64,000 nucleotides of DNA from Tubiluchus corallicola (GCA_030141605.1 JAQGDQ010000241.1:124001-188000); one strand, 5' to 3'. Positions 1-22,837 are shown, counted from the first letter of the stretch. Notes: generated by a model from the sequence alone, not told the origin. Numbers and translations are program-made.

Positions 1-485
1 AGCAGTACACATAGGAAGTCTGGATGGATGAGGTTTTCCCCGAATTTTAATACATCTGCGTGATTTCGCCATATAATCACAGATTCATACAAGACCAACA
101 AAGCATGAAGCTGACACCACATACAGGGTGTTCCAGTCTGTGCATTAGCAAATGGCATAAGCACAATACACTATACAAAGCCTAATAAGTGCGGTGAGAA
201 AAAGGCTATATGGTAGGAAAACTGGATTAATGACTTAAAATATATGATATCATAATGATATCACTGTTCCAGTTTTCGTAATGACGTAAATGCAGAAGTC
301 TAAATTCATTATTGTGATGACCCCGTCCACAAATCCTGGTTCATTTTGTCGTATTTCTGTTACGTTGTTTTTTGTGAACATCCTGTGTCCTTGGCTGAAC
401 ACTCTTGGTCGTTTTTTTCCGTTTTTTTTTCGTTAATTTAATTCATCGCAAGTCATGATTATTACTTTATTCTAAATGATTACAG

Positions 486-1793
486 TTCCGAGACCACCTC
501 GGGAGGTACAGATCAAATCATGCTCGTATGGAAAGAGAGGGGATTCCGCAGCAAGCTTCTCCAGCGCAGAGGTGATGTGGCAAAGAATGAACGACTTCTG
601 CGTTCCCATACTAAGTTATATAATAGAAATTAAGAACACAACAGATGGAAACAACAAACCATGGGAGTTCTTCGAAGCTGTCAATAGCCAGTTGTATGTA
701 TTTCATTTCATAGGATTTTTACAATTATTTTCAGTTCATATCTGCGTGCCTTTTATGCTTGTTTTGTTTTTATGTTTTTTTACTTCATCTTGTTGATACT
801 AATTAATAAAAAACCTACAGTCACAAAAGGGAAAAAACACGATGTTTTGTGTTCTCAACCTTGCGAATGTGATTAGTGCTTTTTGCGTTTTTCCTTGTGA
901 TTTTTATTTTCTGCGACCCGTTCTCCTTTTTTCTAAACATTGTGTTTTCTGAATGTAAATCTAAAACAATAGTATTTAGCAATTCTTTCTTCTTCTTCTT
1001 CTTCTTCTTCTTCTTCTTCTTCTTTTATCTTTCACCTAAAGATAATCGTTTTTCTTGATTAAGGGATTTTTGTTAATTGTGTCTGTTCTTGTAATCAACA
1101 ACATTTCTGCATCTTATTTACAGACATCTTTTCTGTATGACTATTCGTTTTAGTGATAAATGTGAGTAAATATGCAGCAAACACATTTTGGCTACTATTC
1201 TAACAATGCGCTGCTGATAAGTTGGACACTAGTGCTAGAGTTTCAGAAGTCAGCACCGTTTGAACGATAATATCCTTCGTCTGGCAATTCTGTCACCTAC
1301 GTATGCAAGTTCAATAATACTATCTGTTCTCCCGATCAAGACTGCTTTTGTTCTCTTAAATTTTATCTTTTTCTTCGTAGTTTTGTGTCTTTCACTCTCT
1401 TAAATTTTTCGTTGTGTGGAGCTCAACTTATTTATTTATCTAAAAATTTACATTATTTACTTAAATTTGTAATTCACAACACCATCTTCGTACTTGTAAG
1501 TACATATCTTTAGAAAAAAATACAACTGACTTATTTTGTTTTTCAGTGAAATATACACGATCAGACTTCCACCTGTAGGCCACTATAGATTGCGTGTGCT
1601 CACTAACACTGCCATGGGTGTAAGCGCCCCTAGCAGAGAGACGTCAGAATGTCCTGGTAGAGGGGGTGGTCAGAGTGTCGACTTAAATCCTGAAATCAAT
1701 GAAGTAGACGCGGAAAGTGGCTCATCGCATAGCGCCATCTATTGTTGCTTACTAACAATTTTGTGCTTATTGTTGATAACTTGTGTGGTGTAA
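486..1793 (+). CDS. 3' end (last two exons) of an FN3-domain, probably GPI-anchored cell-surface protein (IgSF/contactin-like architecture); 5' part outside window
   Basis: Exons 486-693 (tacag|...tt|gtatgt) and 1547-1793 (tttcag|t gaa...taa) join in phase. Translation VPRPPREVQIKSC..AEVMWQ..VPILSYIIEIK..PWEFF..YRLRVLTNTAMGVSAPS matches the FN3 pattern (P..P, W, Y.IE, Y.xRV...G.S.PS). It ends in small residues (ESGSS) plus the hydrophobic tail AIYCCLLTILCLLLITCVV with no cytoplasmic tail, as in GPI signals. Confidence 0.75.
985..1023. repeat. (TTC)n microsatellite
   Basis: About 13 TTC units in the intron. Confidence 0.9.
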
Positions 1794-3679
1794 CTTAAAA
1801 CAAAATTAAAATAATAATTATTGTCAAATTGTATGTATACTATGTAGGCCTACTGTGATTCTTTCTTAATGTTTTGTGCTATTGCGTTGTTAAAACTCAG
1901 AAGTGTTTATAATAATTGTAAAAAATAATTACATTACATTTATAGTTTAAGAAACTGGTTACCTTCTAAGAGACATGAAATCTGGTGAAGTTGGTCACGA
2001 ATAGATATTAAAGTAATCAAGTAATAACAGCATAAAAAGCTGCTTACGTCTCTTTACAGGTGGGAGGCCGGCATTTCCCAGAAAATAAACAAAAACGTAA
2101 CTTATATACATATCAGGAATAATTAGTTTTTACAAATTTTCAGGATGAGAAAATGACAGAACTGGATGACGAAATGCTTCCTTTCAACTTTATAATATTC
2201 ATTTATAAACTAAAGCAATAATTTTTCTATTTGATTGCTTTAATATGTCCATATTTTATGCCAGACTTCATGTAACTGGATACAATTCATTGATCTTTGC
2301 TTCCTAGGCCAAGAGGCTCTCTTTACGCGAAAATCTTCCATTATAGTGCAGAATTTTTGCACGTTACTAAAACGGGTTTCGCATCGATATCTTTGTTACT
2401 GTTATGTGACTCAGACGAGTCGCTGGGCATCCAAAGCATTCGTTTTGCAGGAAGAACGGGGATTACCAATATGAAGTAGAACCAGGTGCCTTGGCAAACA
2501 GAACAACCAAACTAATTCATTTGGGAAAACCTAGAAATTTTTGATTATTTAGAAAACAAGCAAGAATTCTTTGGACCAAGATGAACCAGATTTTAATTAA
2601 TTAACCCTTGACCTTAAGCTTCCCACTAAAACCAATCACCGTAACTCAAATATTAACCCGATAAAATTTCGTTACCCGTCCATGTTGTACAAGTCGCAGT
2701 TACCCAACTCAACCTTGCTCAACTCTTTACAGATGCGTGCTCTTACGCCAAAGCGTAGTAATAGTTCTGCTGCAGATTATTTTAGAGATGAGGCATGAAC
2801 AACCTAGAATTGAGTCAAATGAGCCACCCAGTATTCGGGTCATATACTCGAGTCACCATTTGGGTCACCAAATTTTGGTTCATGTGGTACTTGGTTCCAT
2901 CTTATGTTAAACATCAACACAGTATACTGAAGCAACAAAGTACAAGTTAAATAATATGTAAAACTCTTTTGGCAAACTTGTATTACAATAATCAATACTA
3001 CATTGTTTTTAATTATGTTGTAGGTTTTGAGGATTGTACGACATAAGCTTTATATGTCTACAAGCGATTTTAGTACATTTAAACTTAATTTTATGTTCTT
3101 TACCCAGAAAAGCGATTTCTAGGACAATTAGGGCTTAATAACTGTGAACGTATGCAATGAAGCAACTACTGTTTTTCTGATTTCGCAAAATAAGTTTTAA
3201 TTGTGTTTATTTTCTGGTTAGTATAAGCATTTTTGAACTATAACATTTCTGTTATTATGAAGGTAACAAATATGAAGGTATTGCCTCGCGTTTTTCTTTC
3301 TTACCTTTCCTTGTTATTTCTGTTTATATGGTAACATTTGAAGCAAATTGTGTCAAATCGAAATTTGGCTGGGCACGTGTATTTGCATACCATGTTAAAA
3401 TAGAAAATTTGTAGTTATAATTAATGAATGATTATATGTCTGCTTGCGCGTCTTTATAGGAAGATTCTAGGTCTGTTACTACGCCTACGTTGATTGGTAG
3501 TAGTTCACGAGCCAGACCCGAAAAGAAACACATATTTGGTACCATTTCTTGAAAGCCTTATGTCTGTAATGAAATTATATGATAAAACTTCTACTCACTA
3601 CTTAAGGTTTAGTGGCAGTAATCACTCTTTGCAGTTTGGCCCTTGCACCAAATAATAGGTCTTAGGTAATAGGTCTTTT

Positions 3680-3912
3680 TCAACATATGATCCTTCAAAA
3701 TGTTGGCCACAGTAAATTCTACGTTACTGTATGACTTACGTGAAATTACGTGATCTGTTCAAACATATGATTTTTCAAAACCTCGCTCGCAGTAAGCCCT
3801 ACGTTATTGTGCAAGTTACATGAAATTACGTGATTTTGTTTCCATAATATAATCACTCAAAATATTGGTCTTAGTAAACCCTTACACGATTGTTTAAGTT
3901 ACCTAAATTAGT
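3680..3912. repeat. Diverged ~80-bp tandem repeat, about 3 copies
   Basis: Recurrent caacatatgat...caaaa...cagtaa...ctacgtta.tgt...ttac.tgaaattacgtgat units at ~3680, ~3760 and ~3843. Confidence 0.65.
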
Positions 3913-5907
3913 CTTCATATTGGGTCGTGATTAGTAAAGGCCTATCAAATGGTTTCGTTATCTACAGGTATAGGACTTAAAAAATAACATTAATAAATTT
4001 TGCCCATTAAGGTGGTACGTACCAATATCTGGTCTGGTTCATGGACTATATAAGATTACATAGCATTGATCCATGTAAAAAGCAGATAAAACAATAATTA
4101 ACACTAAAAAAGGTGACGTGCAATTACTAGCCTTGCAACATTCTTGACAGTTATTGCAACGCATTCACTGTGATAGGCCTGCATAAATGACTAAGTTAGA
4201 TGCATGAAAACGACTAACAACGATATCCAGAGGCCTCCTATATTACAAGTATCGCTCAAAAATCAAGACGCAGACTTTGATAAAATCGGTAATTTAATGT
4301 GATTTGTCATTTATTTTGTACATAGTGCAAAAATTTTAATAAATCTTTTTATGCTGATTAAATATTGTTATTATTTTTGCCATGCTGTTGAGGTTTTGCC
4401 CAAAAAACTAATAATCTATATAACCTTTTTAATACAGTATCAATGAGTATTAATTAACGATCTTTAGAATTACTTTATTTTAAGTATTTTTATTAACGTA
4501 CTGCTCAGGGCTTCGTCAGGGAGCACAAAAGAAACTTTGATATTATTCACCAAAACAGAATTATAAGAAAAATACACAAATTATGCACGAATTATCAATC
4601 AGGAACGTTTCAAAAACTGATCAGATTTACACTACATTCTCACGCGAGGTATTAACTCATTATTACCATTTCCGTCTTTGCGCTGACAATTTCACGCAAC
4701 AAGCATGAAACACGGTATTAAAATTATTTTTAATCCCAAATGCAGTGTCGAACTTGCGCCTCTCACATGAAAAGAAGATGTGTTTCCCATTTGGATATTC
4801 AGAAAGGTAAGTTATCGATTTGAATTACTTACATTGTCTGCCAACCATCGTTGAAGTTTTAATTTTGCGAGGAAAATGTCTGCATATTGAGATTTGTCTG
4901 CAAATGAAGTAATTTATTAGTGATTACCAAAAAATCCCATAATTAAGAAAAAGAAGGAACAAAGCCCTTGTTCAACCGCTGGCTTTTTTCAACTCATGCC
5001 TTGCAATTTAAAATTCTGTGTATATTTTTGTATGTTTATGTAGATAAATAAATAAATAAATAGATCTTATAACAGTGCATGATATGTAGTGCTGCTTAGT
5101 TTTTGAGTGTAAATTTTAACTTTTGCAGCATTTTTATGCGCTGAAATGAATTTTAGATAAATGAATTAAATTAAATAACCAACATTTCAAACTATTAACT
5201 GAGGTTCATCTTTAGGTGAAAAACTACAAAGGAGAAATCATGCAAACACAATTGTTTTTTGGGGTTTCTCACATCATTAAGACACAAAAATGATCAGTTA
5301 TATGTGTTACTGATATGAAAAACTAATTAATTAGTATTGAGTGACTTGAATCGTGACGTAAAAATCAGATTCAGTTTAGCATCTGATTTTTTCTTTTTTT
5401 ATATTTCATTTGATGATAAACGACAGTGGAAAGCTGAAACGTCGTGTTCTCTATTTTTTTTCGCTTATTGTTTGGATTCTTGGCATTAATAATTAACTCT
5501 ATGTTGTTTAGAAAGAAAACTACTGTACTGATAAATTGTCCATTTTATGCTCGGTCGTTCCAAGTTCCGAATCTAAACGCTAAATTACAAGTTGGGTTGT
5601 GTGCGCTGCAAATTTCGTACCAAATTATTTCTACTAGAAGTGTATAAAAAACCCGTTTACTTAAACAGAAATGTAGACAAAATACTTTTCTATAATTATT
5701 ATTTTTTCATGGGTATTGTGCTACAAACAGGATAAAAGCCCTTGTAGTGTTTCTGGATGGCTGCCTTCTGTGCTATACAGTCTATTCTATACAAGCTCTA
5801 TGACCTCCGCCTATGTTAAAGGATGGCGTACCAAATACCTCGAGCGGTGTAAACATCCATTCCTTCGCTTCTCTTGAACAGACAGGCATTTTTTCTGGGG
5901 CCAAATT

Positions 5908-5919
5908 GGTCACGTGACC
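5908..5919. promoter_or_regulatory. Palindromic E-box GGTCACGTGACC (CLEAR/USF-type) in the putative promoter of SBP paralogue 1
   Basis: Perfect 12-bp palindrome about 70 bp upstream of a strong donor (gaa|gtaagt, ~5989). This donor could end a non-coding first exon, because the ATG exon at 7836 is preceded by an acceptor (atgtag, 7821-7826). Confidence 0.4.
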
Positions 5920-7835
5920 TTCACAACAAACCTGTTCTGTATACTATACAGGTGCAAAACTAGTCTCCGTGATCGGCGCATCCCGAAGTAAGTCTATTTT
6001 TCTTTATTAATCTGGTTTGCAGGTAGAAGTACGCTTTTTGTGTATGTGAAGTGTCAGTTTTGTGGTTCTGTACAGTGATTTAATATTCCTTTGTGCCGTA
6101 TTTATAAAGTTTTCTTTCCCAAAACGTGGTTATAAATTTAGTTGAATATTGAGTATGTATTACTCTAATTTCGTATAGCGCTAATTAGTACATGTACGAT
6201 TCAAATAACTGTATTGTTACTGAATTTTGCAATACATTTAAACACAATTTTCAGTGGGTTTTAGCAACTTGTTACCTAATCTTCTTCGTAGAAATGTAGT
6301 AATAATTATTAGTACATTACTTTTATACATTATATATGCAGTTGGTGATGGTGTTGCTGCTGCCCTCATCGTCATCGGTGTTGCTGTTGCTGTGGTGTTG
6401 TTGTTGTTTTTGTCGTTGTTGTTACTGCAGTTGCAGTTGTTGTTGTTGTTGTTGACCATAAAATATAATTTCAAAAAAATTCTTTGTCGTCTCAGGTATA
6501 TCAGGTCAGTTAACCCAGTAACAATTAGTTTTTGTCCAAATCTCACAGCTTGTTTTAATGTACCTTACTGTATGTTAATTGTAACTTAAATTGTATGCTA
6601 CCCGTCTTATTTTATTTTACATTTGATTTCACGTCTGGAATCCACAACCAATGGATCTTTTGTAGTATTAATTTCTCTTTATAAAATTATTCTGTATTCC
6701 TATATAATACTGTGTCTAAACACAATCTTGACGAGAAAAATAATAGTTCCTTGTGCTCTCAAACATTTTGTTTCTTAGTGCAAAATTAATGTTACATTTA
6801 CTGTACAATTCAGGTTATTATTTGGTGCAGCTAAAGCAAGCTTACATATTTGCCAAATAGTTTGAGTAAACAGTCTAATTAACTTAAGCCCCTTGATTTT
6901 AAATTTCTTTCTACTGTTTTTCCTCTGCATTCTATTTGTAATAGATCTTTATTTTATGTTTTATTGTCATGATTCGTGTTTTGTTGTTGATATTCCGTTT
7001 TACTTACTGACGTTGTTTTTGCTACTCCTGCTCCAGCTGTTGTTATTGTCGTTGTCGCTCTCGTCGTCGTTGTTATTGTTGTTGCTGTTAATTATTATAG
7101 ACTTAAAAACTACACCTCTGTCGCAGATATATTGGGATAATAAATTAGGTTTCTTATGACGATTAGGACCCCGTATCTCACTCCACACCATGGGAATCCA
7201 TTTTACATCTCTTCCTCATTTTTATGACATAGTGGTCCTAGATCGATTCCCATTACATTCCTCCAAAATAACATTCCTTTTTTATATCCTATATATTTTT
7301 CCCTAAACTAGTTGTGTTAAAGTATATAGCATCCAAAAAAGCACATCAATGATGTAAAAATCTAATTACTGAACTTTTTTGGTACACTGATTTTTTGACC
7401 ACAACCAGTTTTATCCAATTGTATTTGTGACAACAAAATAGAAGGTGATCTGATTTTAAAAACACAGTTATGAACTATCTGACAAGAAACATTACTGGCA
7501 ATTGTTTTTTCTAATATTAGATCCACTTTGTTTTGTTTTAAAATTGGGTAAAGAGTAAAGGTAGCTGTAAGGAAAGTCGAAACCTAACAAAATTAAGTTC
7601 ATCAATAATTTTTTACAATGTTGTTGTTCTCATTTTTAATCACACTTCGTTTCCCACCTTAAGAATTAAAACAAATCAATTATGATTTCATCGAAAACGT
7701 ATTAACATTTCGCTAATAACTACCTGTTGCTACTTCCTAATAAATTAGTTGCATCGTATTAGCATTTTGTCGACACTAAAATAAATGTGGCGTAAAATTT
7801 ATTATTTAAACTTTTCCGTGATGTAGATTCTTTGT

Positions 7836-16697
<8,862 letters not shown>

Positions 16698-17302
16698 ACT
16701 AACTGTTTACTGCATAGGATGTTCCTCTAGAAAACAATTACAAACATTCCTCAATGACTATACATTTCTACTGGCATCTGCCATAAAGATGAGATTTGAA
16801 GTTCAAATCTAAAGAGTTACAAAGAACTTCTTTTATTAATATATGTGAAAGTGTTTTTGATGCTAATACTCTTTCTCAGGCTTTGAACACTGTGACTGTT
16901 TCGTATATCGGCGAAGCTTTGACAAAAGAACCTGGAAATAAAATAAATTTTACGCGAAGCTGTATATAATATTACGCAACCAGTTTTTGGGTGAAATTTA
17001 ATATTTAAATTTTTTTTATAAAATGGACTGCATAGTACATGCAATGTAGGTAATAGTGGATGTCAATTATAATCCATAGCATTTTTGAAATTTCTTGTAC
17101 AAAGTATAGTCTGAATAGATTGTAATAATAAGTATACCAGTAAAAGATCGTAGACCAGGTATAGCTCTTACTAATACAACACAGTACTACAAATTTCGCA
17201 CATTTTTTTCACTTACTTTGTTAGGTTTGTCATATATTTTATCTGCTGTTGGAATTGCAAAGCAAAATAATTGTTTAGAAAATATTACATTATCGTCACG
17301 TA

Positions 17303-17594
17303 CAGGGCTGAATTATGACGTTTAGGGCCACACAGACGGAGCCACCCTTTGATATGCTTGCACCACTCTCGAATATTTTTGACTTGTGATATATTTTAGA
17401 AACATTTGTATAGCCACATTTCAAATAAAGGGCTTGAAAGGGGGCCGTTATCTCAAACAAAAGGCTTCAAACAGGGATCCTTTACCTCAAATAAGAGGCT
17501 ACTTTTCAGGTTATATGAATTATTCAGCAATGTAAAGTATGGCCCCCAAGCTTGATTGGCCCTAGGCTGCAGCCTATACGGTAATCCAGCCCTG
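17303..17594. mobile_element. hAT-type MITE
   Basis: TIRs cagggctgaatta / taatccagccctg; degenerate 8-bp flanks gtcacgta / ctcgcgtg; internal ~33-bp repeats. Confidence 0.65.
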
Positions 17595-18149
17595 CTCGCG
17601 TGTTATTTACGTTCATTATTTGTGCAGACTTTTAAAACCGTTTGTAAAGTATTATTAGTCAGATTATTAGTCTAGATACATATTGTGGTATATCACTATA
17701 TTGTCTTGTTTGAAGCTCTTCTTGATTCTCTGTAGTTTTTAAAACGTATTGTCGATGTACATTGTCCTATTTAAAGCAATGAACAATACAAGAAACTTTC
17801 AAATCAAATGGAAAACTGCAGTTGAAATTTTCAAATTGATACGCTGGAGCAAGAATCTAGAAGCATAAAATACGTTTATTTGTAACTTTAAAAAATTAGT
17901 ATTTATGCTTGATATAAAAGCTGACAAATACTGCTTACACTGCAAATTATATTAATGGTCAGGCGCGCATGCGCCCTTTAACATGAATTAGCAATCATGG
18001 AGGGTCTCTCTCTTGACGCGAGAGATTTATGTAAGCGCACTTTCAAACAATAACAAAATTTACGCGTGGATTAACAGTAGTTTTTAAAGAAAAATCACAC
18101 GGATCCCATGCACCCAGATTCCCAATTAGATACCAGGCATTGCTGAAAG

Positions 18150-18440
18150 ACCATATCCTGAAAGGTTATGACATTTAGGACTTAAATACAGAAGACACAG
18201 TCAAGATATGATCCAGACGCTTAGAATCCTCAAGATATACAGAAAGGAATTATTTGAACTTCAGATACATTATAGGACAAGAGGGCATTCACCTAAAATT
18301 AACAAGAAATCTGTCTCAAAATGAAGAAGAAGGTAAAAAAAATTGCAGCTGGTATTGTAAATGCCTGGAACAAGCTTCCTAAGTACATAGAGAGTGCTTC
18401 TTCAGTTTCACAACTTAAAGCTCGATTAGATCGACTGTAG
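18150..18440 (+). mobile_element. CR1-like LINE 3' fragment (degenerate)
   Basis: Frameshifted translation PYPERL..LGL..DMIQTLRIL..RTRGHSPKI..IVNAWNKLPKYIESASSVSQLKARLDRL*, typical of CR1 ORF2 C-termini. Confidence 0.7.
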
Positions 18441-19289
18441 GCCAATCATCTTGAGAAATATATTGACCATCCTAGACTTACGCTGTGACAGCAAGACACT
18501 TGGATTTATGACGGAACCTGACGCTATACATTGTACAAAAAGCACACTGATGTTCCGGATCGTATCGTTACTGCCACCACCTACTAGAACATTCATCATA
18601 AATAAAACATCCAGAGAAGATTGGAAGGGTAAGAGCGATCATTTACGCTTAACCCCTATCCACACTGTAAGCTGTAAAATATCAAGAATCCCATAATGCG
18701 CGATGAGATACTGAACCAACAGAGTTGCCTGGGCCAAGTTCGGATGTTTATACACCTTCCCGCTTTGACAGTAATAGCCAAAGCCAGAATGACAAATAAA
18801 ACCGCATAGAAGCAGTAAACCTGGCAATTACCCATCCATATACTAGCCAGACCTGGCTGGTTTAATTTCATGATCACATGACAAATGCTAAGGCTATTAT
18901 TGGGTTAATAATCGCATAAAAGCAACATGATTAAAACGCACTTGAATGTACATAGGTATACACTGAAATTATTTTATATTTTCCACTTTATTTTATATAA
19001 ACTTGATTCACCAGTAGTCAACTACGCTTCTGTGAATAACTCGTACTACACTAGTGAGACTGTCTGTAAATTTTAAATAAACAAACTGTTTTAAACCTAT
19101 TGGTAATGTGTGTATTCAGGGATAAATTGAAATAAACAGATTCTTAATGATAAAGTGATTTCTTATTACAGTTGACTTGATTTACAGAAATTTATCCATA
19201 ATAAAAATATAAAATAATGAGCGTGTATGCAACTATGAAACTTAGAAAACGATTTTGAAGCTAAAGAATCATTTTTTATTAACATCATT

Positions 19290-21130
19290 TATTTTTGAAC
19301 ACACATGTACAGTTAAGTTACATAAGTGGCTCAATTAAAAGAAATTAGTAGACTAATCGTAAAAGTAAAAACAAATATTGAACACTGACAACAACAACAA
19401 AAACAAGCACGGATATTATTTACATACAAAAAGATAAAGCAACTAATTTAAAAAGATACTACATATTCTAACATCTCTCTCAATTGATACTTTGATAAAA
19501 AATTAAAATTCCTGTTTTCAATACAATTTATACAATCTTTTGCTAAGTTTATTGTCGCTAGCTGACTGGAACTTAACTCGCATCTTTTTACAATTTTACG
19601 AGATAATACATGAAAATAACCAAATGCATCTTCTAGAGTAACATTATTTTCTATAATAATTTTATACAAGTTGAAACGCACTGCTGAGTTTACGTTATAC
19701 AATGTATGTTTGGCAATAAAGTTAATTATTGAGTTACTAATGTTTTTACATGCTACATAGAATTTAAGAAACTGTTTAGCAAAGTGCTTACTCGGCTTAA
19801 CGGTACCAGCAGCATGGGGCAAAATGAAAGTGTGAGCTCTATGCAGCAGTTTCCATATAATACGGATAGCAATATTTAAAGCGGTATCAATAAAATGTAT
19901 TTTCGAATTATTTAACCTCCAACTCTGGCAACCGTAATATCCTAGGCAATATGTTTGAAGTGGTTTACATTTTAAGCCAGAACAAGCAAATGAAAAGTTG
20001 ACACATATTCTATTAGCATGGTAAATGAAAACGTCACGTTTACTAAGAATATCAGCATCATCCGTTAAATCGCACGTAATTACGTGACCTAAATGAGTGA
20101 CTTTATCTGTCCAGGTTAAAGGCGTATTGTTCAGCAGTAAGGAATATTTCTAATGAGGATAATAGTGAAGAGTTTGCAAAAATTTACTTTGTCGAAAGTC
20201 TTCGAGGCATCTAAAAAAGCACTGCAAACACAACTGTTACTGGTCATGTAATATGTAATAAGCAACAGTTTGTTTTAGCAAGAATGTACACATTGTAGTA
20301 GACACATTAGCTTAAACCCGAACTGTAGACTGAGGTATACAAGTGATCACAATATTTAAACAATATAATCCAGTCTAAAATTTTCCCTAAAGGAGAGGAG
20401 AGTGTAATACCCCCATGATTAGTAATACTAGACAAGTCGCCTCGCTTGTCTTTTGGAATTGGTACAATATTGGCAAACAGAAAATGTTCAGGACAATTAC
20501 CATTGAATAATAACGTCAAATGAAAATAATATAGCAAATCATGTCCATTAAGGATACAATCAGTGTAAAAACCACGCCTACCGTCATTTTTATTTGGCTT
20601 AATACATTTAGATGCGCTAAGCACATTATCAACACTGAAAGGGTTACTCATATTGATGTCGCTATTCATGTCTTTATTGTCATTACAATGTTATTCATAC
20701 TAGTGACATCATAGCCTACGGTGTTATATAAATGATCAATTTCATCAGCAAATTTTTGACAAATCTCATCTGGTGAGGTTGAATTTTCTACAGCATTTGC
20801 CACATTTTTTGCCTTTCCTTTAATTAAATTCAGTTTTTTAAACAGATTTCTATATCTATTATTAACAATATGGTCAGGCATCTTCTCTTTGCGAATATTG
20901 CTACAATTATGCTTTACGTTTTTGATTGCGTTGTGATAAGAAGCCCGAGTACGTCTCATTATATCTGCTATAACGCCATTTCTGGGACGATCGCATGAGA
21001 CCCAAAGATTATGCCAGAAGATAGCTTTATCTTTGAGCTGGAGAAATGCATCCTTTAATGGAGACAGAAAAAAATAGTCAAATAATGATGTGATTAAAGT
21101 TTGGCAATTACACACTAGAGCTACGATAAG
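19290..21130 (-). mobile_element. Degenerate, internally deleted non-LTR retrotransposon (LINE ORF2 pseudogene)
   Basis: Minus-strand fragments FWHNLWVSCDRPRNGVIADIMRRTRASYHNAIK, IVPIPKDKRGDLSS..GITLSSPLGKILDWII, VCSAFLDASKTFDKV, TWTDKVTHLGH, QTYCLGYYGCQSW; stops and frameshifts present; the central YADD region is missing. Confidence 0.85.
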
Positions 21131-22750
21131 TGCTGTCAGGTATTAGCGGCTGTGGTTCAACGTCGAACAACGTCTTTGACTTTTATAATACTTTTAATTC
21201 TTTAAATCAACCATCCACGACGGGCATGCGCAGTAAATAAATCGGAATCTCTATCGCTTAGAGGAGAAACGTCCGCAGTTGAAAAGAATCATCAGGAAGA
21301 TGAAAAGCATGCAATTATTTAATGACGTCTGTACTACATGTGTGTACAATTGTACATACTGTAAAGCAAACTGTATGTTTTAAGACTTCTACCTAATACC
21401 TGTACTTACGTGTAGGTAGCTGTATAAAATAAAAACAAGACTGAGAAGCTAAAATACAAAAATAGAAAACCACTTTTAGACATAATAGAAGATATATGTT
21501 CGTTTTTTATTTCCTTGCAGTTTTTTTAATAAGTTGGTGAAAAGAGACAATGCAGATCAATTACGTTAGGACCTTCCCTTAAATATTTTTATACCTCGGT
21601 ACTACGAGAGTTAAGAATTAAAATTAAGGGATTAGGCCTACAATCTGCCCTTTAAAACTCGTCGTAGTTTACTTTACAAAGTAAACTCGTTAAGTTGCTG
21701 TTGAGTGATACGCTTAGCTAGGTATGGAGAAATACAGGTTCTCCATGAGAGCCCAGGTGTAGCTGTGGAATGCAATATTTCCAAGGAACTCGTGTGTAGA
21801 CTAGAGTAAGTTTGCACTCTAAAATAAATTAGAATGAAATCAAAACGCATGTTTTTGTGACGAATCTCGTAACAAGGACACACGAAATGTGAGTACGAAG
21901 CTCAATCGTTTAACATTTTTATCATCTTAATACTGGAGTTGTGTAAAAATAATCGTTAGGTACGTCAACTGTTTTGCTCATCATACTCATGTTATAAGCT
22001 ATAAAATAAGAGTACATTTTTATACATGCATTTTGTTCGTGGAAGCAATATTTATGTTAGCTACGCATCATACCATATTTAATAACTTTCGTAGATGTAA
22101 ATGCACCTAATTAAAGACTGATGAACACCAACGGCATCATAAAAAGATGCCTCTGTCATCTTTAGCATTTACTTTATATGCGCGTAGTAGATCTTTCATA
22201 CTTGTCGATAAATGTCGGAAGCTGCATTAATTGCACGATTAGTGTGGTTAGACCTAAATTTTTATAGAGTCTGAATCTGTTCTTTGTTTTTGGCACACCA
22301 GTGTGTATTTTTCATTCATACCCTACAGCAAGAGTAATGCATCCAAACCTGAAAATTATGCTTAAAAATTTGAACGTGGTTGCTTTTTATGCATTTACAA
22401 CTGTTTAGATCTTATGTAAGCGTGGTTTAAACTTTATTCTGGGTCAGTTTGTTTCTGTCAGTATGGCAGAAAAGCTGTCCGTATTGTCTCTTATGTTACG
22501 TATGTATGTCAACTTAGAATGTCAGTTTATTGTGTGAGTTGGTGATTTTCTTATAAGTTCCTCGTGTAATTCAGTAATGTTAATCCATTAGTTCATTCCT
22601 TATTATTAACTTTGTGATTTGAGTTGACCTTTTATGTGAGGCCATTAAACATTAGTAGACCTCTTATATAGGGGCAAGTTAGAATCTGATGAATCTGATC
22701 CCAATTAATTTATTGGGCAGATACTTAGTATTAGAAAGTGAATGTAATTT

Positions 22751-22756
22751 CGCGCG

Positions 22757-22836
<80 letters not shown>
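22751..22836. repeat. (CG)7(CA)n compound microsatellite
   Basis: Direct observation; alternating purine-pyrimidine tract. Confidence 0.95.

Positions 22837-22837
<1 letters not shown>

Noticed and set aside
6238-7191. Hydrophobic poly-Leu/Val and poly-Asn ORFs resembling membrane proteins
   Set aside because: Degenerate (GTT/GTC/GCT)n low-complexity tracts with no splice-consistent model
17771-17981. NRF1-like GCGCATGCGC motif / possible TTAA-flanked element
   Set aside because: No nearby supported transcription start and TIRs too short to call
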